NCBI GenBank assembly: GCA_025558095.1
Contig: JAIVFI010000012.1
Location: forward strand, 372,001 to 436,000
Source: Hyaloraphidium curvatum SAG 235-1
Lineage: Eukaryota; Fungi; Monoblepharomycota
Direction of reading: 5' to 3'
DNA length: 64,000 nucleotides
The notes under the pieces: generated by a model
What the model was told of the DNA's origin: nothing
The model's input: only the letters and a program-made list of their open reading frames with translations
Databases searched by the model: none
Program-made: the position numbers and the translations under genes
In this document: piece after piece, positions 1 through 12,200 of the stretch
Layout of the letters: each line of letters begins with the position of its first letter
Position numbering within the stretch: position 1 is the stretch's first letter

Positions 1-1733
1 GACAATGCGCGGGCCGTCATGCCGACCGTGAGCTTCGTCAACTGGATGTCCATCTTGAGCTCGGCAGACCCGAGCTTCCACGGCGTCGACGGGAATGACT
101 ATTCGCGGGCCACCTCCCCTGTCATTTCGGTGACGGGCCCTTGCAGCTTCTTCCCGAACGCATTCAGCGTGCTTCGGGTCGCTTATCCCGAGGCGTTCCT
201 CGCCGCCCGATACAGTTGGCCCGTCATCGGCGAGGTCCTCGAGCCCTCAAAGTACCTCAACGTGTCGACTTCCGAGATGTCGGACGAGGCGGTCGCCGAC
301 AACTGTGTTTCGGACCTCCAGCTCATGGGCCGCAAGAAGGCCGAGCTGCTGGCTGCGGGCAAGGGCGGCCGGGGAAGGCGCGGGGAGGGCGTTATGCTTC
401 ACCTGTGCTACTTCGTCGCAGGTTCGTACCTTCTCCAGTTGATCTCGCCGAGATGCTGATGATCCATTCAGTGGACGAAACTGGCCATGTTTACGGCTAT
501 AGTGATGATTACGAAGAAGCGATAATGGCGACGGACGCTCTGATCGGCCGGCTGCTCGACACGGTGGAATCATCGGGGCTAGCTTCCTCGACCCTGATCG
601 TCCTGGTGTCGGACCACGGACGGGAACCGCTCACCGGCCATGAGCACGGATCCTTCACCATGGAGGAGCTTGAAACGCCGTGGTCTCTGGCCGGCCCAGG
701 GATCCGGAAGGGCAGGCTACGGACCCCCGTGCACACCTTCGACACTGCCAGCACCGTCCTCGGCGCTCTCGGTGTGGAACCACCGCTGCAATGGCACGGC
801 CGTATGGTGCTGGAAGCGTGGAGCGCCTACGAAATCGACGACCATCCGCTCGTCGACGGTGTGGGGGGAGCCGGGGAGGCTTTGAACCGGGCGGGGTGGC
901 TCTACCAAGAGCCCATGAACCCGGACTTGGAATGCGTGGAGGACCTGGCGGTCCGGAAGGAGGCTTTCGACGCCTCCGTCATGGATGCCGAGACTTCCCT
1001 CCTTCCCAACATCTTTGGCGGCGGCTCCGAGAAGCCGAAACCGTCTTCGCGCCACCGGGAAGGAACGTGCAAAGCGAAGCATCACCAAAGAAGCTACCAC
1101 AGCGGCCATGGCTTCGGCGAAGATCCGCATTCCCTCCATCTCACGCACAAGCAGTTCTCTCACGACCACCTGTCTCACGCGCACTCTCACCAGCGGGCCA
1201 ACCTCACCCACCACGCGCACGTGCAACGCACGATGCCGTTGCTCATGAGGTGGTTCCGCGCCGTTCGGCTCGGGATCGCAAAGGTGATTCTGCGGGTCGC
1301 GACGTCGGCTGGCGACGGAAAGTTCCACTTGTTCTCCTTCGTTCTGGGGATCGCAGCCGCCTTCACCACCCTGCTGCTGCTCGGCAGCTCGGTCGGCTGC
1401 GGCGTGCTCCTGTGCCGGTTCAAGCGGAGGCGGTTGGGCAGCGGTGCGGGCGAGACGCCTCGATTGGGCCCCGTGTTGGTGGCACCGGACGCGAAGCCCC
1501 CAATGAGCCGGTTCCTGATGCGCAAGAGCTTGTCGCACGCGACGCTCGTGGACTTCAAGCTACCGCTCCCGCAAGCACAGCTTGGGGAGCCGCGGTTGCC
1601 GATCGCCAGGCCGCAATCATCGCCTCCGCGAGTTGCTGCCCCGCAAGCATTGCTCATGGAGCGGCCGTCTTCGGAAGATTCGGATTCGGACAGCGGCTCC
1701 AGCTTCACCGCACGACTCGATCACGCCAGATAG
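1..1733 (+). CDS. Alkaline phosphatase / nucleotide pyrophosphatase-phosphodiesterase superfamily protein, 5'-partial, with His-rich linker and C-terminal TM helix
   Basis: Motifs PTVSFVNW..ILS..DPSFHGV, VDETGHVYG and LIVLVSDHG, then TFDTASTV. An intron at 422-471 (GTTCGT..CAG) joins ORF 19..459 to ORF 141..1733 in frame (YFVA-VDETGH). Hydrophobic segment FSFVLGIAAAFTTLLLLG near the C-terminus. Confidence 0.8.
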
Positions 1734-1783
1734 AAACTTGTGCGCGGAATCAATTGCATCGATTGTTGGAATCCCGATTCTCG

Positions 1784-3294
1784 CTACATGTCCGAGAAGC
1801 CGAAGCTGCCGTCCAAGTCCCGCCTCTTGATATCCTCGACGAGTTTCTGGATCTCGGGATCGAGATCGAGCGAAGCGTTCGACACAAGACTTCCCGTGTC
1901 GCTTCGGCCGCGACGCATGTCCTCCTGCGATCGAGTGCGGATATCGCGCTCGCGTTCGCGCAATGCCGAGTAGCGGCCGCGACGGTCAAGCTCGTAATCT
2001 TCAGGGTCCCTGGACCTTCCTGGTTTCGAGTCCCTCTGGCTATGGCGGAACTCGCGGTCGCCAAAAAGAGACTCCTCTGGGATATTGTCGAAAAGGCCCG
2101 TAACGTCGATGCCCTTGACCGATCCGTCCACCGAATCAAGCCTGTAGTCCCTCCTAGCCGTCGAAACGCGCAGCTCGGCATCGTCCAGAACCGCTCGTCG
2201 GAGTCCGTCCACTTCTCGGCGCAAACGCCGCACTTCGTTGCGCCAACCTTCCTTCTCCTGCTCGACCCTGTCCAACCGCTCCTCAAGCTTGCGCGAACGT
2301 TGAGCTTCTTTGGCCAAAGACTCGGTAAGGTCCTTGCATTGCTGCGCCATGAAACCGTCGTCCGCAACTGGGTGTCTGCGCGAGGATGAGCTCTGAGTTC
2401 CGCGAGATGAGGTGATGTGATCGCGCGGGGCAGTGAATAAGGCGTTGGTGCCTGTGCTGCGATTTGCTTTGAGCTTTGGCAGCGATTCGACGGCTTGGAG
2501 AGACAACGGACGTCAGAAATTCGTGGCTGGATCCCGCATTGCAAGCCTACTTTGTGCCTCTCGGTCGCTCTTCACTGCTGCGCCCGTGCTGTGCCCGGCG
2601 TCGGCGACCGTTGGCCGCACTTGGGTGGCAACAGATCCTCCGGGCTTGCTTGGCAGTCCAGCGGGGATGTCCGCAGTTCCAAGTCCGGCAGATTCCAGCA
2701 GTTGGACGGCAATGTTCATCGGCCGTGAAAAGGAGAGTGGGGGCTTTGATCCTTTGCTCTCGGAGCCAGCTCCACGTCCCTCGTCTCCCCTAATCCTGTT
2801 TCCGGCAAATGAACGCGAAGGTGCATTCTCGTCCCCTGCCCGAGGCGCTTCGGAAGCCAGAGCGCGGAGGAACCGCTCGAGCAAAGGACCTGTTGTCATG
2901 AGCCCCGCGCTCATCAGCCCCGCGTCGCTTTTAACGCCGTCGTCGCCAACCAACCTTCTCCCTGGACTTCCGGGAGCCCGAGGACGGCGAGGATCCCGTG
3001 TTCGCCGAGCACGGCGGCCTCCGTGCCCATCCCCGACTCGGCCAAGAGGACTGATACCGTCAAGTCCAGCCCGCGCCGGAGCAAGTAGCCGAACACAACA
3101 GAGTTCAGAGCGCGCGTATAGTCGTCCGGTGCTTGCACGACGGGCGGGGAGCGGGCGAGGACCTCCTGAGCAACTCCCGCCCGAATCTGAGCGCGTAGCT
3201 TGTGTATAAGACCAGTCCGCTCCAACGCGTCCAACAGCAGGCGCCGATTGCGCGCCGTCGAGTCCGCAGAAGTGCCCGGCCGCGTCGACGCCAT
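1784..3294 (-). CDS. LisH/FOP-dimerisation domain plus coiled-coil protein (OFD1-like centriolar protein), multi-exon
   Basis: N-terminal LLDALERTGLIHKLRAQIR...ALNSVVFGYLLRRGLDLTVSVLLAESG resembles the OFD1/FOP LisH region. Downstream ORF 1784..2506 is coiled-coil rich. Internal exon structure not fully resolved. Confidence 0.55.
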
Positions 3295-3399
3295 GGCGGG
3301 CTGGCCTCGACGCCGCACGGTGACGGGAATTTGAAGTTGGAACTTGGAACAAGTGGAGACCATCAAGTCGATCAGCGCCGATGGCCACCCCGGTCCATT

Positions 3400-4021
3400 C
3401 TATTGCTTTGGTCGTGCAAGCAAGAACTCCTTGAGCTTCGCTAGCGACCGGCCCCGGTGTGAGATCGAGTTCTTCAGCTCCTTTGGCATCTCTGCATAGG
3501 TCTGATCGTATCCCGCGGGCTCAAAGACGGGATCCCCTGGACACGGCAAGCGTGAGCTGCGGCAACCAAGGCCGACGCCAAGACCTACATCCAAAGTCCT
3601 TGGGACCGCGGGCGGCGACGATCCTTCCGTCCGTGCGACCAACGAACTGCACAACTTCCTGACCCTCGCCTTCGCAAAAGCTGAATATACATTGTGCGTA
3701 TGCGGAGCGATCGTCGAACCCGTTCAGCATCCGGTTTAATCCTTCGTGCCCGAGGCCATCGAGAAACCATTTGATATAGGCTCCCGGAAGCCCATTGAGG
3801 GCGTTGAAGCAAAGTGAAGTGTCCTCCGTCAGCACCGGCCCCTTCACGAGCTCCGCAGCCCTAAGGCATTTGTCCCGGGCGACATTCTCCGGCGTACCTT
3901 GGATCTCGGGGAGATCCAGCGCCTGCGAAGTCAGCTGCAGGGTGGAAGAACCCATTATCGCCTTGAACTCCTCCAGCTTCTTCGCGTTCCCGGTCACGAA
4001 TGTTATCGGCTTTGATTCCAT
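3400..4021 (-). CDS. HAM1: Inosine triphosphate pyrophosphatase (Ham1/ITPA)
   Basis: [41 protein letters not shown]-[intron]-[17 protein letters not shown]; one intron near 3540-3590. Confidence 0.95.
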
Positions 4022-4198
4022 GGTGAAGTGCTTTCCAAGTCCGAAAATCCGTCGAAGGGGAAGGGGAACGGGGAAGGAGAGACTTTCAAGACGCGGGCGA
4101 CGCGGCGCCCACGCGGCGCCCCGCGAACGCATTAGGCGTCCATCGCGCGCCTCCCAACCGCGCCGTACCGTTGTTTCCGGCCATCCGGCCACGCATCG

Positions 4199-5284
4199 AT
4201 GGCGCAGCGTGTCTTTTCGGCCCGCCGCGTCGCTTCTCTCGCGGGTAAACGGGGATTCGCGGCGCCTGCTGGTGGACATGCGATTCGCGCCGCTGCCGCA
4301 CCCCAGCTTCCCGCCTTGCGGAGGTACTCTAGCGGAGCCGAGGGCCAACCCTATGCCGAATCGCCTTCGGCGTTCCCGTGGCTGGTCGCGGACTCGCCGG
4401 CGCGTCCTGTCGCGAGCGATTTGCCGAGCGATCCGAATCCCATCCGGCGCTTCTTCCAGATCCCGCTGGCGCGGTTTCTGTCGCGGAACTTTGCGGAGTC
4501 GGTGGCGGGCGAGGTGCTCGGCAAGGACTATCTGCAGACGACCATGCTCCTCGGCGCCGAGGCTGCCGTGCAGCGTTTCGTCGCCGCTCTGTCGGCAGGC
4601 CGAATGGACGAGCTGGAGGCCTACCTGCAGAAACCTCTCCTGCACCGTTTGGAATCCGAGCTGGAACGCCTGAAGGCGCGGAACGAATCCGTGTCTATCT
4701 CGATCCCGCGCGTGCACGACATCACGATTCGCGACCTCCTCGTCGTGTTCGGTCCTGCGATCAACATGGCGATCCTGAAGCTCAGCAAGTGGATCAACAC
4801 GTGGGCCATGTTCGAGGCGGGCGCGACCAACGTGCTCCTGCGCTGGTTGAGCCTGGCGTTCGTGATCCCCAAGACGGCCTGGCTCTCAAAGCAGACGCCA
4901 ACATGGCAAATGATCGTGGACGCGACGGAGCAGGGGGGAGTCATCATCGTGGACTGCGAAATCGACGCCGAGGTCGAGTTTAGCCACCGCAAGGACGATG
5001 GCGAGGTCATCTTCCAGGAAAGCCGTAGACGGCCCATCCTGCTCCAGCTGTCCACCAAGCACTTGCAGGTGGCAGCGAACCGGATTCGGGAAAACGTGGG
5101 CGAGGACGGCGAACCGATATCGCAGAACCCATCTTGGGTGAGCTCGGGCAATCCTCCTTTCCGCGCGTTGCTGACTCCCGGCCCCTAACAGCGTATTTCT
5201 GATGTGGACAATCTTTTGCAAAGCACGCTATTCCAGAGCCAGATGCGGAAATGGGAGCAACAGCAGGCGGATGAAGAAGGTTGA
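4199..5284 (+). CDS. Predicted mitochondrial protein with Tim44/MAIP1-like C-terminal fold
   Basis: Arg/Ser/Ala-rich presequence-like N-terminus ([22 protein letters not shown]). Intron near 5138-5191 gives C-terminal [10 protein letters not shown]. Family assignment is by weak resemblance only. Confidence 0.45.
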
Positions 5285-5299
5285 TGTTCGCGGTGTGCT

Positions 5300-5800
5300 C
5301 TCGAGCTGAAGAGAGATGACTTCTTGAGGTGCCTTGCGAGTACGAATACGTGCATCCCGTATGGGAACCGTTCCAGATCCGGACATGCTCGAAAGGGTCC
5401 AGGGACGACGACCGAGTCCGGGTTAGTCGACGCCCTCATCTCCCATCGCTCGCAATGGCGCCATGTCGCCCTGCGATTCTTGGTCACGGAGTTCGAAATG
5501 ATAGTCATGGACTGCACCTGTTCTCGGGTAACGGTTTGGAAGCTGTCGGGCGGGGGGGCTGTTGGGACCGCGGATGCGAGTTACGTGAGCCCGTCAACGT
5601 GTCGTGCGTGAAGAGAGGTACCGTGATGGCACGTGCTCGAGTCGTGGATTGCTGTGGACCGGCAGGGTCGAGTGATCGGTCGGCAGCCTTCTTCCACGCT
5701 TCAACGGCAACATCATCATCCGTCTTTCGCATTCGTTCTGTCCCAGCATCCACATCCGATATCACGTCCCTAAAATCCAGGTCCTCGGCTTGAATAGATG
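5300..5800 (-). CDS. Possible small hypothetical spliced gene
   Basis: ORFs 5505..5765 and 5185..5517 lie in tandem on the minus strand with intron-like sequence between them. No recognisable motif; boundaries approximate. Confidence 0.25.
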
Positions 5801-5861
5801 CGGGAAAGGCAGATGCACAGGCACAGAGCGCCTCCCATAGTCCGTCCCTGCTCCGGTCATG

Positions 5862-6225
5862 TCAGGTACGCCCTCCCGCTAGTTCCTCATTGTACCGGCT
5901 AATGTCGACCGTAATGCTCATTACGATAGCGGATACGGCAAACAGAGTAGTGTTCGAGTTGCTGATGGCAGTGCTGCGTTTGTTCGCCCCCGCCATGAGG
6001 CCGAGAAGCAAGGAAAGCCAGGAGAAGAGACGGTTCCTCATCACGATGGCAATGACCCCGGTCGCGCTGCGGTCCGGTTGTTAGATTACGCAGCATCGGT
6101 GCCACGTCCACTCACATGGCGAAAATGTTCAGCATGTCCGTCTCAAGCGTGTCCGACTCCGACAGCGTGGGCCATTCGAAGGGTACGATCGCCGCGTGGT
6201 TTCGCGGATCTTTGCGTCGTGACAT
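5862..6225 (-). CDS. PAT complex subunit Asterix/PAT10 (UPF0139)-like small membrane protein
   Basis: Spliced product MSRRKDPRNHAAIVPFEWP...DMLNIFAI-ATGVIAIVMRNRLFSWLSLLLGLMAGANKRS...LFAVSAIVMS matches the Asterix pattern (DPR, D.MN, W, AN.RS, SA.VMS). One GTGAGT..CAG intron near 6067-6114. Confidence 0.7.
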
Positions 6226-6413
6226 GGACGTCTCGGGCTTTTTCGCGTCGACACGCGCAGCGTCTCAAAGTTCTTTTACCGATATGAAGCTTCGACGATG
6301 CGATGCGCTACCGAGTCGCGCAAGTCAACGGACGGTGAAAGGGCGCGCGGGCAGGGGGCGGTGTGATCGATCGATACCTGCGATCGACGCCACTTCGCGA
6401 CAGCGTCAACAAT

Positions 6414-7064
6414 ATGGGGGCCTCCTCTTCCACGCTTTCGGACGAGGAGGTCAATGAGCTGTCTGCGAACACTGCTTTCTCGCCCGATCAAATCACACGG
6501 CTCTACCGCCGGTTTCGGGAGATCGATAAGGACAACTCGGCGACGATTACGCCGGACGAGCTCTTCCAGATCCCGGAGCTCAGCCTGAACCCGCTGGCGC
6601 CGCGGATCATAGAAGTTTTCAGCGAGGACGGACGGAATGAGCTCGATTTCCGGGAATTCGTGACGTGTCTGAGTGTGTTTGCACGGGACGTGAAGCGGGA
6701 GGTCAAGCTCCAATGTCAGTCTTCCACCCTTCCGGCCCCTCGTGTTGGCCTGAAATACCTTCTGTTCTCAGTTGCTTTCCGAGTCTATGACGTGCAATCC
6801 GATGGCTTCATAGACTTTGACGAGCTGTTCAGGTGCGTCGACTTCTCGTGGGCACGTTTCGCAATGGTCATAACCCCACCGCTTGCCAGCATAATGAAAA
6901 TGATGGTCGGGACGAGCTTAACGGACGACCAAATCCGGGAAATCGTCGACAAGACGATCCTGGAGGCAGATTGCTTGGACCGTGATGGAACTATCTCCTG
7001 GGAAGAGTTTAAACGCGCTCTGTCGTTGTCGGACGTCGAAGGGCTCCTCACGATCGACTTTTGA
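6414..7064 (+). CDS. Calcineurin B-like EF-hand protein
   Basis: Myristoylation-type start MGASSS; FSPDQITRLYRRF, EF-hands DKDNSATIT, DVQSDGFID, DRDGTISWEEF; IPELSLNPLAPRII; MKMMVG; two short introns. Confidence 0.9.
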   Translation: MGASSSTLSDEEVNELSANTAFSPDQITRLYRRFREIDKDNSATITPDELFQIPELSLNPLAPRIIEVFSEDGRNELDFREFVTCLSVFARDVKREVKLQCQSSTLPAPRVGLKYLLFSVAFRVYDVQSDGFIDFDELFRCVDFSWARFAMVITPPLASIMKMMVGTSLTDDQIREIVDKTILEADCLDRDGTISWEEFKRALSLSDVEGLLTIDF

Positions 7065-7173
7065 CGGCACGGGAAGGTTGGGCACGTTATCGGGACTGAC
7101 GCATGGATCGGAGAGTCGTGTATGATACCCGCTTCGCCTCAAATTACACATCTGGTATCGTGGCAAGGATATC

Positions 7174-8887
7174 TTACGCCTCGAGCTGGTCGCGCGGCGC
7201 CTGGAACCGGGTCCTGTCGAAACCGTTGCGGTTCTTGTGGCAGACGAACTGGTAGACCGTGGCCGATCCCTGCCTGCTGATAATGGTGGACCTGAATTAC
7301 GGAGTGAGTCTCGGGGCGGACACCTTGTCTGCGCCAACGAACCAAGCCAGGAAGATGTTCCAAATCCTCAGCCACTTCTGTCCGTACTTGGCCTGCATCT
7401 TGTCCTGGTTCTTCATCCAGTTCTTGTACCTGGATTCGAAAACACGTCAGGACGAAGGGTGGACTTCTGCGGTTCGGACACCCACCATCTCCAGATCGTA
7501 GCCGAGTAGTGGGTTCCCAGGGTTTCGGTGCTCTGCACCTCGAAGCCGGCCCACTCCAGCTGGTTAACGTACCAGTTCAGGGGCGTGGAGGCGTCGGCGC
7601 CGGGGAAGATGTACTTGGCCATGAACAGGCCCCAGATGATGTCCTCGTACTGCCACGACCGACGAAGGCCCGCAACCTGCATGAAGAAGATGCCGTCGTC
7701 CTCGAGGAGGTCGTAGACCTAAGTGAAAGACAACGGGTCAGTCCGAGGTTCTGACATGCTTACAAGGCAAACGAACCTGGCGCATGAAGGTCTGGAAGCG
7801 CAGCACACCGACGTGCTCGGCCATTTCCAGGCATGTGATCCGGTCCCACTTCTCGCTCTTCGGAATGTCGCGGTAGTCTTTGTTGATGAGCCGCGCGCGC
7901 TCGGCGACGCCCTCCTTGAGCGCCCAGTCGTTGCCCCAGCGCGTCTGGTTGACCGAAATCGTGACACCGGTGGAGTCGGATTGGAAGTGCTTGGCAGCGT
8001 GGACGACCAAGGGACCCCAACCGCAGCCGATGTCGAGGTGCCTCAGGTTCGACCGGTTGAACAGCGACTTGCGCAGGACGGCATTGTACTTGTTGACCTG
8101 CAGCTCCTCCAGCGTCTCCTCGCGGGTCTTGTCGCCGACCATGCCGGAAGTGTAGGTCATCGTGGGTCCCAAGAACTGGCGGCAGGCACGTGCTTAGCAA
8201 CCGCAGAAGAGAGGGAACAGCAAGCGGACTCACGGCCTCGTAGAAATCGTCGCCCCGGTCGTAGTGACCCTGGACCTGGTCCTCATCCTGGCGGCGCGAG
8301 TGCCACAGGAGCTCGGGGATCCACTGGAAGAACAGGAACTTGGCCTGCCCGAGGCAGAACTCGAACTTGACAAAGTCGTAGCGCTGCTCCAAGGTCTCCA
8401 GGACGTCCCCCTTGAAGTCGATCTTGCCCGCGATGTAGCCTTCGAAGAGAAGCTCCATGGGGATCTTGTTGCGGCCGTGGAACCGGGCCTTGAGCTCCGG
8501 GTCGTTGATCGTGATGTACTCCTCGATGTTCTTCCCCGGCAGAGGCGCCCTGGCGTCATTGTAGGCCTTGAAGTTGTGCAGGTAGTAGTTCCAGCAGTAG
8601 TTGAAGACGGCGAAGCTCGGCACGGCCGTGAGGACGAACAGGAACAGATAGACCGAGAAGGAGAAGTAGCCGAAGGGGAGCAGAAGCACGCGGGGCACAG
8701 CGAGGCAGAACAGGACAAGATACAGGTTGGAGAAGTTTGCCTTGCCAAAGCCCTCGACCGGGTACGGCGGGCGCTTGACCGTCAGGTTGGGCCGCCCGTC
8801 ACGAGTCGCAAAGAAGGGCTCCTGTCCCTTGGCCGAGGGCCAAACCGGGGTGCTTTTGGCAGCGGATCCGTTTTCAGCGCCCATCAT
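7174..8887 (-). CDS. Sphingolipid C9-methyltransferase (cyclopropane-fatty-acid synthase family)
   Basis: N-terminal TM pair, LWHSRRQDEDQVQGHYDRGDDFY, LGPTMTYTSG, LDIGCGWG, ITCLEMAEHVG, YEDIIWGLFMAKYIFPGADASTPL, C-terminal GSATVYQFVCHKN; several introns. Confidence 0.9.
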
Positions 8888-9223
8888 CTTGCCGTTCGGG
8901 TCTCTGACAGCGCGATGTTGTTCGGTCGAGTCCGAGAAGGAAACCAGAATCAGTTTCGCGGTCGCACTCCCGGCGGATCAATCCATGCCACCGAGCACGC
9001 GCAATAGCGGGACGCGTGCACGCTCGAAGAATGGAACCGAATCTTACCTCGTGCCTCGAAACGACCGGGGGCAGGGGGGCAGGAGCAACACTCTTCTTTC
9101 AGGGCGGTCAGGGCTGGTGCGCTGGCGCCAGGTTTCGGACGCCACATCCGAAAAGCTTCCTTACGCGCAGATCAATAGGGTATCTTGATATCGCCACAAT
9201 AGTGGTACGGGAATAGACGTGCC

Positions 9224-12200
9224 CTAGGCGTATACGACGACCTCCCCTTCGGCGCAACCCAGCGCAAACAGCCCGTTCAGGCGGGCCAAACCCATGCTCG
9301 TGATCGGACTCCTGGTCTTGAGCTTGGCAAAGTACGATTGAAACTAGAGGTCGAAAGCTTGTGAGAGCGAGTAGACGAGCAGTTGCAGGCAAGCTTACGT
9401 TGCTGGACAGCGAAACGAAATTGAGCCCGTTGCCGGCCGCCCCCAGTATGACGAGATCGTCCTCCTGAACCTCAAACGACGCGATCTCGTTCGAGTCTGA
9501 GCACAAAGAAATGAGACGATCGACAACAGAAGCAACACAAAGCCTCGAACCTCTGAAGGTTCTCACGGAAGTGAGGTTGGTCGTGTCCCAGATGTTGATT
9601 GCGCGATCCGCGCCGCACGACGTGACCACAAAGCGGGTCGTGTAAAAGGCAACCTGGCTGACTTCACCTTCGTGTGCTCGCCAGCTCGCCAAAATCATGC
9701 CCGTGCGTCGATCGAGCAGCGAGCAAACGCCGGTTGCAAAGCCGACCACAACCGTCCGTTCCGCCGGGCACATGGCGATGCAGCGGATGTTTCCGGCATG
9801 TGCATTGCCGGCCCGCCATCTGTGCGTTCGCACAGGGTCCCTGAGGTTCCAAAACCTGCGGATCATGAGTCAGTGGGACAACGGCATCCCCTTGCTTCAC
9901 AACGCTCACGAGAGAAAGTTGTCGACCGTCGCACCGATCACCGTCGTGGGGCTGGAAATCACCGAAACAACCCGGCTCTTTCCCTCGAACTGGTGCAAGA
10001 GCTGGCCCGACTCCACCGACCAAAGATGAATGGCTCCGTCACATGAGGCCACGGAGTTTTCGAGAAAGCAAACGTCCGTCACGGTTCTCTGATGGCCCGT
10101 GTACGTATGAGCCGCCTCGGAGGCTCCAATCCCGTGCTCGATATCGCGATGAATGCTGTTCAAGCTCCAGAGCTTCACCGTCCGATCTCGACTGCCGGTG
10201 CCGAGCAACCGCGAACACTCGTCCTGGGCAACGACGTTGACACGCGACGAATGTCCCACGTAGGTTCGCAGCTTCAGGTCCCTGAATGTCATTTCGGTCG
10301 TCTCCCGAGAAACCTCGTTTGTCGTGGACAGCAGCCGTGCCCAAGCATTGCGGTCCTCCACAACCTCCGGCCTTGGCTTCCACACGCCCTTGCCTTTGGC
10401 GTCGGATCCCTTCAGCGGCCTGGTCAAGATGCTATCGGTTGACAATCCAAAGTCAGAAGTGTCCGACAGCTGCGCCCCGAGGTTGGACATGGATTGAGCA
10501 GCTCCAATACGGGTGTCCGGAGTCGATTCGTTGCCGGAAAACTTGCGCGCGCTGGAGGCCGATCCCTGACCATTGTGCTCCAGCGGCATGGAAACGGATC
10601 GTGCGATGCGACCCGTCGCCCACTGGCCGCTGGTCTGCGGCCTCCGGGGCGCGGCGACCTTCTCTTTAGATGGCCCCTTCATATCGCGCTCCGATTCCGC
10701 CCTCGTCGACTCGCCCGTCCAATAGATGCTTTCAAAAACGTTGCCCGAATTGGTCCGCGTTACGACCGAGGCCAATCGGTCTTCGAAGGCACGATCTTCG
10801 TCGCTCGGTCTCTCGCGCAACATTCGCTCGATGGACGACGACGTCGGCACTCTTGTAATAAGCTCCCTGCCCATCAGCGCTTGAAAGCTCGCGAAAACTT
10901 GACCTACGACCTCTGGCGAGTAAATGCTCAGGTTTGGCCTCGAGGGGTCTGTAGTCTTGCGGCTCTGGCCGACAAAGCGCACGGCACCAGCAAAGAAACG
11001 GATCACCAAGGGCAGAATCTGCGGTCGCCAATCGGCCTGGCCGTTGACAAGGTCCGCGACTCGCACAAGGTAAGAGAATGCGCGAACGCAAATGACCTTC
11101 CGCTGATCATCGGTCAAATCCAGCTCCGATAACGTCAGGGATTCAATGAGGCGGCTGAGTGTCGTAGCCATCTCGTTCAATTCCGAAACCAGCGACGGGA
11201 GCGTCAGGTGCATGGCGAACTTCTCCATCAACGACAACGCGTTCACGACCGCCGTGGCGCGGACGCCAGATGGGCCGCCAGGTCGGGCGAGCCGCTCCAC
11301 GTTCGACTTCAAAATGGGAAGGAACTGGTGTACGATAAAAAGCTCCCCAAATCGGGAACCAAGAAGAACTACCAGGTAGTGCACGAGGGGAGAGAAGGTG
11401 GAGTCCCTGAGGACCACCGATAGCAGCTGCTGGGTGGCGTACTTGCCCGTCAGGATCGGACCCAGCATAGAACAGATCCCGAGAATTGCTTCCAGGACCA
11501 GATATGTGCCGTCCACGGTCTGCATGCTCTCCATATCGACCTCCGCAGGGACCGAGCTAAGCCATCCTTGCAACGAGTCCGGCAGGTACAATTGAAGCAC
11601 CTTCTCGCAGAACGACAAGGTTCCGAAACGCCGCAGCAGCTGCTTGAGAAAGGGCGCAGAGAATAGCAGCTTGCACAGCCCGGCATCCGCCTGGTGCGTT
11701 TCTAGAAGATAGGCAAGCGGTTTAAGAAGCTTCCGTTCCGTGGCAACCGGCCCCATTCGCCTGGAAAGTGGCTCAAACAGCGTTCGCCAGGCATCCAGCG
11801 AAGCCGCTCCGGAAGTGAAAAGCGGAAGTACGTAGAGGAGGACCAAATCGAATGATTCGTCGTCCAGACCGCACAGCCTTTGGAGATGGCGGGAGGTGAG
11901 ACCAACGAGATCGTCACCACCAGCAGCTTCGTACTCGGCGAGATACTCATAGAGCACGTTTGCAGAAAGCGGAAAGGGCAGACATGTGTTCGAATCGTAC
12001 ACCACGGGCGAGCTCGAATCGAGCAGCAAGGCGGAAACCGAGGGGCGCTTCCACCAGAATGGAGAGAGCATGGCGCGTAAAGGCGACCGGAACGAGGATG
12101 GTAACAGTCGGAGCAATCCTTCGATGGTGCTGATCGATCCAGCCTCTTCAGCACGCCGAATTGCGGCTTCTGTCCGGAACGGTTGCACCTCGGATGCGTG

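Noticed and set aside
3400-4021. ITPase as part of the purine cluster
   Set aside because: 38 kb away and separated by many unrelated genes.
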